32,000 nucleotides of DNA. Origin: an archaeon. Its GTDB lineage: Archaea > Iainarchaeota > Iainarchaeia > Iainarchaeales > 1-14-0-10-31-34. Below, piece after piece: positions 1 to 6,730 of the stretch. The DNA lies in contig JAJRVL010000004.1 of assembly GCA_024277355.1 (NCBI GenBank), forward strand, positions 270,001 through 302,000, in the 5' to 3' direction. Under the pieces are notes generated by a model. That model ran no database searches, was not told where the DNA came from, and was given only the letters and a program-made list of their open reading frames with translations. Numbering within the stretch: the stretch's first letter is position 1; the number at the start of each line of letters is the position of its first letter. The position numbers and the translations under genes were made by a program.

Positions 1-185
1 AAAATTATTACTCCTATTTCAGATAAAAACATTAAGATTTCTTCATGGCCAGTAATAAAACCAAATAAACTTGGCCCTAATAAAACTCCAACTAATAATT
101 CTCCTAAAACTCTTGGCTGTTTTATTTGATCAAACAAATATCCTGCAAGTTTTGCAGAAATTAATATTACAATTAGTTTAAGCAT
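1..185 (-). CDS. cation:proton antiporter (CPA2, Kef/NapA-like), N-terminal fragment cut by window edge
   Basis: Own minus-strand translation from ATG at 185: MLKLIVILISAKLAGYLFDQIKQPRVLGELLVGVLLGPSLFGFITGHEEILMFLSEIGVI. This has the Q-P-x-V-x-G-E-x-L-x-G-x-x-LGPS pattern of the first CPA2 helices. The frame stays open upstream to 269, so TTG at 218 is an alternative start. Absent from the ORF track because it is truncated. Confidence 0.6.
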   Translation of the reverse strand, partial: MLKLIVILISAKLAGYLFDQIKQPRVLGELLVGVLLGPSLFGFITGHEEILMFLSEIGVII

Positions 186-438
186 TATTTCAGCTATTAC
201 TTCACTTCCTCCAGACAAAAAAATTCCCCCTGATTCAATTCTAAAAGAAAAAAATAATCTCAGAAAACTTTAAAAACTTAATTAAATAAATTCAGAAATT
301 CAAAAAAAAATATTGTTTTAAAAAAAACATTAAAAAAAATAAGAAATAATTAATTAAAATTTAGTTTAGAAATAACTTTAATTAATGCAACAACAAAAAG
401 AATAACTTTAATTACTTATTATTCTTTTTTAATATCAG

Positions 439-663
439 ATGTTTGTCAAGACAATAAAAAAAATATTTAAAACTTTAAAAAAAATAGTTTCTGGTTTAAT
501 TAATTCACTTCTTCTTTTATTAGTTTATTTCACTGCAGTGGCTTTAACTTCAATTTTTGCAAAAATTCTTGGGAAAAAATTCCTTGAAACAAAAGCAAAA
601 AAAAGCTACTGGCAGGAAATGAAATTAAACACAAAAAAAGAAGATTATTACAGGCAATTCTGA
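439..663 (+). CDS. small single-TM membrane protein, SxtJ-like C-terminal region
   Basis: 74 aa with one hydrophobic helix (LINSLLLLLVYFTAVALTSIFA). It then reads GKKFLETKAKKSYWQE...YYRQF, which resembles my recollection of the SxtJ-family C-terminus (GKDPL..KSYW..NQF). First gene of the carbamoyltransferase cassette. Confidence 0.45.
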   Translation: MFVKTIKKIFKTLKKIVSGLINSLLLLLVYFTAVALTSIFAKILGKKFLETKAKKSYWQEMKLNTKKEDYYRQF

Positions 664-673
664 GGAAAAAAAA

Positions 674-1537
674 ATGAATGCAGGAGAAAAAGTAAAAGAA
701 TTTTATAACAAAACACCTTTTCCTGGTTTTGAATTAAAAAAATTTAACAGCAAAAAAGAACTCAAAATTACTGCTTCTTCTTTTGCTGAAACATTAGACA
801 GAAGTATCCCTGAAAATGCTTCAGTAATTGATGTAGGAACAGGAACAGGCCAGTTAGCAGGATTACTTTCATTAAGAAGAAAAAAAGTTATGGGAATAGA
901 TTTCTCTGAAAATTCTTTGAATCAAGCAAAAAAACTAAAAGAAAAATTAAAATTAAATTCACTGGAATTAAAAAAAATTGATTTATTAAATGACAAAGAA
1001 ATTGAAGCAATAGGAAAATTTGATTATGTTTTATGTTTAGGAGTATTACAGCACACTGCAAATCCATATAAAGGATTTACAAACCTGCTGAAACTACTAA
1101 AACCTAAAGGATTTATTGCAGTAGGATTATACAACAAGTTTGGAAGAATTCCACTGAAAATAAGAAAAGTTCTGACAAAAACAGTTTTCAAAGACAATGA
1201 AAAAATAAAAAAACATTTTATTTCAATGCAGTTGGATTCACTTAAAGATAAAAAAAAAACTGAAGCATGGTGGCAGGACCAGTATTTTCATCCATTTGAA
1301 TCAACTCATTTTTTAGGAGAAGTTTTAGACTGGTTTAAAAAAAATAAAATAGAATTTTATCAGACAATTCCTTCATTGAATTTTTTTGACGAACAAAAAC
1401 TGGAAATTGCAGGAGTATGGAACAAATACAATGAAACAAAACCTTCTTTTTTAAAAAGAAATTTAATTCAGTTAAGCTGGATTTGGAAAACACAAAAAGA
1501 AGGCGGATATTGGATTACTTTCGGGAGAAAAAAATGA
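674..1537 (+). CDS. class I SAM-dependent methyltransferase
   Basis: 287 aa with SAM motif I VIDVGTGTGQLAG, followed by GIDFS and a Rossmann-type layout. Its stop TGA overlaps the next start (ATGA at 1534-1537). Confidence 0.8.
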   Translation: MNAGEKVKEFYNKTPFPGFELKKFNSKKELKITASSFAETLDRSIPENASVIDVGTGTGQLAGLLSLRRKKVMGIDFSENSLNQAKKLKEKLKLNSLELKKIDLLNDKEIEAIGKFDYVLCLGVLQHTANPYKGFTNLLKLLKPKGFIAVGLYNKFGRIPLKIRKVLTKTVFKDNEKIKKHFISMQLDSLKDKKKTEAWWQDQYFHPFESTHFLGEVLDWFKKNKIEFYQTIPSLNFFDEQKLEIAGVWNKYNETKPSFLKRNLIQLSWIWKTQKEGGYWITFGRKK

Positions 1538-3255
1538 CTTATATTCTGGGATTAAGCTGCTATTACCATGACTCTTCCGCCTGCCTGCTTAAAAACGGAA
1601 AAATAATTGCAGCAGCAGAAGAAGAAAGATTTACAAGAAAAAAACACGACAACTCTTTTCCTTTTAATGCAATAACATTCTGCTTAAAAAAAGAAAAAAT
1701 CACAATACAAGAAATAAACTTTATTGCTTTTTATTAAAAACCTTTAATTAAATACGAAAGAATTCTTTCACAATACATTGAAACTTTTCCTTTAGGTTTT
1801 GTGAATTTTATTAAGAATATGCCTTTATGGCTGACAGAAAAATTAAAAGTAAGAGAAACAATCAAAAAAAAACTTAAATTTAAAGGAGACATTTTTTTTA
1901 TTGAACACCACTTATCACACGCAGCAAGTGCATTTCTTTGTTCTCCTTTTCAGGAAGCAGCAATACTTACAATTGACGGAGTAGGCGAATGGACTACAAC
2001 TGCTTTTGGAACAGGAACAGGAAATAAAATAAATTTAATAAAAGAAATAAGGTTTCCTCATTCAATTGGATTACTTTATTCAACAATTACAGCTTATTTA
2101 GGTTTCAGAGTAAATAATTCTGAATACAAAATAATGGGTTTGTCAGCTTACGGCAACATGAACAAAAAAAGAAATGAATATTATGAAAAACTAAAAAAAA
2201 TAATTGAAATAAAAGAAGACGGAAGCTTTAAACTTGACATGAAATATTTTGTTTTTCATTACGCAGAAAAAATGCCTTCAAGAAAATTATGTGAACTACT
2301 TAAAGGAAAAATAAGAAAACCAAAAGAAAAATTAACTCAAAGACACAAAGACATTGCAGCTGCCTTACAATTAATCACAGAAGAAACAATAATAAAAATT
2401 TTAAATAATGTTTTTGAAAAAACAAAAAAAGAAAATTTAGTTTTAGCAGGAGGAGTAGCATTAAACAGTGTAAGCAATGGAAAAATCTTAAAAAACACAA
2501 AATTCAAAAACATCTGGATTCAGCCTAATGCTTCAGATGGAGGAGCAAGTTTAGGAGCAGCATTATATGTATTTAATTCAATTTTAAGCAATGCAAGAAA
2601 TTATGAAATGCAGAATGATTTTTTAGGACCTGAATATTCTTCTGAAGAAATCAAAAGCATTCTTGAAAAAAACAAAATAAATTATTTTAAATTCAAAAAC
2701 GAAACAGAACTAATAAAAAAAACTGCAGAATTAATTTATCAAAATAAAGTTGTCGGCTGGTTTCAGGGAAAAATGGAATTTGGGCCAAGAGCTTTAGGAA
2801 ACAGAAGCATTATAGCTAACCCATGTAATCCAGAAATGAAAAAAATATTAAATGAAAAAGTTAAACATCGAGAATCATTTAGGCCTTTTGCACCCGCTGT
2901 ATGCAAAGAAAATGCAGTACAATTTTTTGAATGCAGTCCCTTACAAAAACCAGCTGAATTTATGTTAATGACTTTTCCAGTTAAAAAAGAATTTGAAAAA
3001 AAAATTCCTTCCGCGATTCATGTCGATAATACATCAAGAATTCAGGCAATAGACAAAAAAAACAATGAATTGTATTATAATTTAATTAAAGAATTTGAAA
3101 AATTTTCAGGAATACCCATTTTAATTAACACTTCATTTAATGTTAAAGGAGAACCAATTGTCTGTTCACCTCAGGATGCATTAAATTGTTTCATGAAAAC
3201 AGAAATTGATTTTCTTATTTTAGAAAAATACTTAATTGAAAAGAAAAAAAACTAA
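1534..3255 (+). pseudogene. carbamoyltransferase (NodU/CmcH/TobZ family) interrupted by a single in-frame TAA at 1735-1737
   Basis: Track ORFs 1483..1737 and 1801..3255 are in the same frame. Joined from ATG 1534 they give about 573 codons with family motifs: ILGLSCYYHDSSA, HHLSHAASAF, GGVALNSVSNG, NASDGGASLGAAL, FGPRALGNRSIIANP, RESFRPFAP, HVDNTSRIQ, NTSFNVKGEPIV. The stop falls inside FY[*]KP, where the family has FY-E/D-KP. Confidence 0.85.
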
Positions 3256-3263
3256 GTGAAAAA

Positions 3264-4313
3264 ATGGAAAAAGAAAAATTAAAGGAATTTGGAAAAAATT
3301 TTGCTTTACTTTTAATTACAGTCATTTTATTTCTTTTTTTTCTTGAATTAACTTTAAGGATTTTTCCATGGTTGTTTGGACAGCAGATACAAAATCAATT
3401 AATTACAAAATTCCATTCAGGAGAAACAGGAATATACAGTTATGATTCAAATATAGGAATGTTACTGCTAAAACCTGGAATTGAAACTGAAGTTTTCAGG
3501 AACGGGCATTACTGGATTCATAAAACAGACTCAAAAGGATTCAGAAATGAAAAAGAAATTAATCAAGCAGACATTATTCTGCTTGGAGACTCAATAATTT
3601 ACGGAACAGGACTAAACTATAAAAAAACTACAGCATACTTCCTGCAAAAAGAAACAGGATTAACAGTATTCAATTTATCAAGAGAAGGTGATTGTTCTTT
3701 TGAACAAAAATTCCTGTTAAACAAATATGCTCCTGAATTAAAACCAAAACATATTTTTTATTTTTTCTTTGAAAACGATTTATATGACTTAAAAATAAAA
3801 TTAACAAAAAAAGAAATGAATTATTTTATTCAAGAACAGTCAATTGATGATTTTTCTGTTAAAAGAAAAAAAATTACAGGAACAGAAACCGCTAATTTAT
3901 ACAAAAAGTTAGTTGAATACTCTTTTGTTGCAAGAACAATTCATATTTTAATTCACTTAAAAGAAGACCAAATAAAATTAACAAACAAAATTGCAAACAA
4001 AATCATTGACACAAACGGAATTGAATGGCAGTACACAGAAAAAGCAATAAAGCAGATGAAAAAATTCTCTGATTCAATCAATTCAGAATTCATTTTAGTT
4101 CCACTGACAAACGAAAAAAACCAGCAGGAAAAACTAAAACAAATTGCAGAAGAAAATGGAATTCCTTTAATTGAAACAGAAGAATTAATTGGTTATAATC
4201 AGATTCCTACAATAAAAAAAGAATATGCTTTGGAAAGAGACTGGCATTTAAATGAAAAAGGACATGAAAAACTTGCAGAAATTTTATTGAATTACCTTAA
4301 AAAAAATAAATAA
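3264..4313 (+). CDS. membrane-anchored SGNH/GDSL-type hydrolase
   Basis: 349 aa with an N-terminal TM helix (FALLLITVILFLFFLELTL). Block I is ILLGDSIIYGTG and the C-terminal block V-like sequence is RDWHLNEKGH (DxxH). Confidence 0.6.
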   Translation: MEKEKLKEFGKNFALLLITVILFLFFLELTLRIFPWLFGQQIQNQLITKFHSGETGIYSYDSNIGMLLLKPGIETEVFRNGHYWIHKTDSKGFRNEKEINQADIILLGDSIIYGTGLNYKKTTAYFLQKETGLTVFNLSREGDCSFEQKFLLNKYAPELKPKHIFYFFFENDLYDLKIKLTKKEMNYFIQEQSIDDFSVKRKKITGTETANLYKKLVEYSFVARTIHILIHLKEDQIKLTNKIANKIIDTNGIEWQYTEKAIKQMKKFSDSINSEFILVPLTNEKNQQEKLKQIAEENGIPLIETEELIGYNQIPTIKKEYALERDWHLNEKGHEKLAEILLNYLKKNK

Positions 4314-4357
4314 TCAATTAAGCAATTATTATTAATATAAAAGAACTTTATTTTTTT

Positions 4358-4519
4358 ATGGAAAAAAACAAGCCTTATCTAAAAGAATTATGGGATTTTC
4401 TTAAAGTCAGAAAAAAATGGTGGCTGGCTCCAATAATCATAATGCTGATTTTAGTTGGAATAATAATTATAATAGGAAACAACAGTGTCGTTTCAACTTT
4501 TGTTTATGCCTTGTTTTAG
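4358..4519 (+). CDS. DUF5989-family small membrane protein (53 aa, missed by ORF track)
   Basis: Own translation: MEKNKPYLKELWDFLKVRKKWWLAPIIIMLILVGIIIIIGNNSVVSTFVYALF*. It matches the remembered DUF5989 pattern ELW.FL..RKKWWL.PII......G........S....F.Y.LF. Ends at TAG 4517-4519. Confidence 0.75.
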   Translation: MEKNKPYLKELWDFLKVRKKWWLAPIIIMLILVGIIIIIGNNSVVSTFVYALF

Positions 4520-4675
4520 TTATTCAAGCATCACTAAAGCTAAATAAGAATTATGTTCATGTGAATCAGCAGTAGCAGAAAACTTAATATCAATTATTTT
4601 TTTATCTTTAATAAATTCATTTACAGCTTCTTCCAATAATTGATAATCATTAAACTCAAAAAGTTTTATTTTCAT
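4520..4675 (-). CDS. small hypothetical protein (51 aa, below ORF-track cutoff)
   Basis: Own translation: MKIKLFEFNDYQLLEEAVNEFIKDKKIIDIKFSATADSHEHNSYLALVMLE*. ATG at 4675, TAA at 4522-4520. Lies 54 nt downstream of tRNA-Gln on the same strand. No family recognised. Confidence 0.4.
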   Translation of the reverse strand: MKIKLFEFNDYQLLEEAVNEFIKDKKIIDIKFSATADSHEHNSYLALVMLE

Positions 4676-4729
4676 TAAAACACCCTATTAACTGAGTTTT
4701 AATTAGTATTTAAATGTTTAGAAAAATAA

Positions 4730-4802
4730 TAGCTCCGAGGAGATTCGAACTCCTGTCAACGGGTTCAAAGCCCGTCATCCTTGGCCACTAGACTACGGAG
4801 CT
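4730..4802 (-). tRNA. tRNA-Gln(UUG)
   Basis: Hand-folded cloverleaf: AGCUCCG UA GUCU AGUGGCCAA GGAU G ACGGG CUUUGAA CCCGU UGAC AGGAG UUCGAAU CUCCU CGGAGCU A. The A1:U72 pair is typical of archaeal tRNA-Gln. No encoded CCA. Confidence 0.9.
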
Positions 4803-4864
4803 AGCAAACCGTAGTCTAAATTTTGTTCAACCTTTTTTTAAAAGGTTGCTAGACTACGGAGCTA
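4788..4864 (-). repeat. 16-nt direct repeat (tRNA-Gln nt 1-15 plus the preceding U) flanking a palindrome and an antisense 9-mer
   Basis: CTAGACTACGGAGCTA occurs at 4788-4803 and at 4849-4864. Between the copies, in minus sense: CAACCUUUUAAAAAAAGGUUG (perfect hairpin) AACAAAAUUU AGACUACGG UUUGC. AGACUACGG is the exact complement of tRNA nt 5-13 (CCGUAGUCU). Confidence 0.85.
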
Positions 4865-5007
4865 TTAAATTAATTAATAAAATAAAAATAGTCTTATAAA
4901 TAATTTAATTTCAATAAGTTTAAATTGGTTTACTTAAAGTACTTTTTATTACTGTTTGTGTTTACAGTCCGGCTAAATAAAGTTAATAGCAAGTATGCAC
5001 TCAAACA

Positions 5008-5175
5008 GCAAAATATTTTCAAAAGTTTTTAGTAAAGCTTTTTTTGAAAAAGGTTTAGTTTGTGTTTGCAAAGCAAACCGTTTTTGATAAAACTTTTTTC
5101 TAAAAAGTTTGTTTTAATAAAACTTTTTCCAAAAAGGATTATGTTTTTGATAAAACTTTTTTCTAAAAAGTTTTT
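5008..5175. repeat. locus L1: cluster of A/T palindromic R units (about 31 nt), homologous in inverted orientation to 22049-22135
   Basis: Units lie at about 5034-5056, 5081-5110, 5111-5141 and 5142-5175. Consensus is TTTTTGATAAAACTTTTTTCTAAAAAGTTT, with a GTTTGC-AAA-GCAAAC hairpin at 5064-5078. The reverse complement of about 5020-5110 aligns by eye to 22049-22133 at roughly 85 percent identity. Confidence 0.8.
5142..5175 (+). promoter_or_regulatory. TTGA-box plus 10-bp perfect A/T hairpin ending 1 nt before tRNA-Ile
   Basis: Sequence TGTTTTTGATAAAACTTTTTTCTAAAAAGTTTTT|G. The stem pairs 5152-5161 with 5165-5174. TTGATAAAA is centred about 26 nt upstream of the mature 5' end, where an archaeal TATA box would sit. 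A related element precedes tRNA-Thr. Confidence 0.4.
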
Positions 5176-5249
5176 GGGAGAGTAGCTTAGTTTGGTGGAG
5201 CATTCGACTGATAATCGAAAGGTCGAGGGTTCAAATCCCTCCTTTCCCA
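5176..5249 (+). tRNA. tRNA-Ile(GAU)
   Basis: GGGAGAG UA GCUU AGUUUGGUG GAGC A UUCGA CUGAUAA UCGAA AGGUC GAGGG UUCAAAU CCCUC CUUUCCC A. All stems pair, and there is no encoded CCA. Confidence 0.92.
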
Positions 5250-5252
5250 TTT

Positions 5253-5663
5253 ATGAAAACTTTAACTAAATACATTTATTTTAATACAAAAAACAGAATT
5301 GAATTTGTTAATATTACTAATCAAATAGAAGAAATTGTTTCTGAAAGCAAAATAAAAGAAGGAATAGTTTTAGTTAATCCAATGCATATTACTGCTTCAG
5401 TTTACATTAATGACGCAGAATCAGGTTTAATTGAAGATTATAAAGAATGGTTAAAAAAATTGGTTCCAGAAAAAGATTACAAGCATAATTTAACTGGAGA
5501 AGACAATGCTTTTTCTCATTTAATGAGAACAATAATGGGAAGAGAAGTTACAATAGCAATAACTAATGGAAAACTTGATTTTGGCACCTGGGAACAAATT
5601 TATTACGCTGAATTTGACGGTCAAAGAAAAAAAAGAGTTTTAGTTAAAGTTTTAGGTGAGTAA
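5253..5663 (+). CDS. yjbQ: YjbQ/UPF0047 family protein (secondary thiamine-phosphate synthase-like)
   Basis: 136 aa with [27 protein letters not shown] and [16 protein letters not shown] motifs typical of UPF0047. The ATG is 3 nt after the tRNA-Ile discriminator base. Confidence 0.8.
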   Translation: MKTLTKYIYFNTKNRIEFVNITNQIEEIVSESKIKEGIVLVNPMHITASVYINDAESGLIEDYKEWLKKLVPEKDYKHNLTGEDNAFSHLMRTIMGREVTIAITNGKLDFGTWEQIYYAEFDGQRKKRVLVKVLGE

Positions 5664-6155
5664 TTCAACTATTTTTTTTCCAAACTCTCTTGCAGCTTTT
5701 GGTCCATTTGCAGTAATAATATTTCCTGAAACTTCAATGGAATTCCCTGAAAACAAAGCTCCTTTTTCTGTTAAATTTTCTTTTTCGCTTTCAAATGAAG
5801 TAGCTTTTTTTCCTTCCAATAAACCTGCATTAGCTAAAATTGAAGGCGCAATACAAATTGCCGCAACAACTTTTTGTTTTCTGTTAAATTCTTCAGCTAA
5901 ATTCAATACAGTTTGATTGTCAAAATATTCTGCTGCACCGCTTCCGCCAACAAAAATTACTGCATTAAATTCTTCTGAATTAATTTCTTCAATTAATAAT
6001 TCTGCTTTTATTGTTCCATTTAATTTTCCTTTGCATTCCCCTTTTTCAGTTGAAGCAACAACAGTTTCAATTCCTGCTTTTTCTAATTCTTCTTTTGGAT
6101 GAAATAATTCTTCATCCCTAAAATTCTGTTTTGCAATAACAAACACAACTTTCAT
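5652..6155 (-). CDS. DJ-1/PfpI family protein
   Basis: 167 aa with the nucleophile-elbow motif [17 protein letters not shown] and the upstream FVGGSGA. Its 3' end overlaps yjbQ by 12 nt (convergent). Confidence 0.85.
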   Translation of the reverse strand: MKVVFVIAKQNFRDEELFHPKEELEKAGIETVVASTEKGECKGKLNGTIKAELLIEEINSEEFNAVIFVGGSGAAEYFDNQTVLNLAEEFNRKQKVVAAICIAPSILANAGLLEGKKATSFESEKENLTEKGALFSGNSIEVSGNIITANGPKAAREFGKKIVELLT

Positions 6156-6225
6156 ATAAATCCCATATAAAAAATGAAAGAAAAAAAATAAGAATGTTTT
6201 TAAAGAAAGAGAACTTGAATTTATT

Positions 6226-6726
6226 ATGCAGGAAAAAAAAGAATCAGAATATAAAATTGTTTCAGATTACCAAAAACTAGAAAAACAAGTAGAAAAACAA
6301 ATAAGAAACGGCAACATAAAACTTCCTTTTGGGGGTTTTTATCAAACAGGTTATTTAGGGCATTCAATAAAAGCAATAGTTAAAGAAGAAAAACTTGTAA
6401 GTTTAATGGTTTATTCAATTAATGAAAAAACATGCGATATTGCATATATTTGGCATAATCCTCGTCTTGCAGTTGAATACAAAAAAACAAACAAAATATC
6501 TCCTTCAAAATTTTTATTAAAATCAATTGCTAAAAAAGGAATTACATCATTTACAACACAATATTTAACAAAAACCGGCAGAAAAATGGTATTAAAATTA
6601 ATTAAAGAAAACGTAATAATTGAAAAAGGATTGAAAAGAATAAATCCAAAACCCAAATTCAGGAAATTTCTTAACAAAATGCCAACAGAATATAAATTTA
6701 AATTAGTAAAACGACATCCCAAATAA
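6226..6726 (+). CDS. hypothetical basic protein
   Basis: 166-aa ORF filling the gap between flanking genes. No motif recognised. Confidence 0.4.
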   Translation: MQEKKESEYKIVSDYQKLEKQVEKQIRNGNIKLPFGGFYQTGYLGHSIKAIVKEEKLVSLMVYSINEKTCDIAYIWHNPRLAVEYKKTNKISPSKFLLKSIAKKGITSFTTQYLTKTGRKMVLKLIKENVIIEKGLKRINPKPKFRKFLNKMPTEYKFKLVKRHPK

Positions 6727-6730
6727 AATA

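Noticed and set aside
1483-1533. Upstream extension of the carbamoyltransferase ORF (track start at 1483)
   Set aside because: It overlaps the methyltransferase C-terminus. The conserved family N-terminus (MTYILGLS...) begins at ATG 1534, which forms an ATGA overlap with the upstream stop.
1735-1737. Alternative genetic code (TAA reassigned) as the explanation for the in-frame stop
   Set aside because: TAA terminates most well-delimited genes in this window at positions matching family C-termini (for example arcC, fba, fbp, GlyRS, fibrillarin). TGA and TAG also act as stops, so the standard code fits.
4788-4864. Non-canonical intron in the D-arm of tRNA-Gln (exon 1 being the upstream 15-nt copy)
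   Set aside because: I could not build a bulge-helix-bulge motif. The only self-complementary 4-mers available for the central helix (AGCU, CUAG) place splice sites outside the tRNA or yield a D-loop without GG. The downstream copy alone gives a complete canonical tRNA.
4866-5175. Replication origin (AT-rich region with inverted repeats between divergent tRNAs)
   Set aside because: There is no orc1/cdc6 gene nearby, and the repeats do not resemble ORB or mini-ORB boxes. The same repeats occur between convergent genes at 22 kb.
5029-5250. 73-aa ORF on the minus strand ([26 protein letters not shown]...FLEKSFIKN repeats)
   Set aside because: It is the antisense translation of tRNA-Ile plus the palindromic R units. 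The repetitive peptide simply mirrors the DNA repeats, so it is not a gene.
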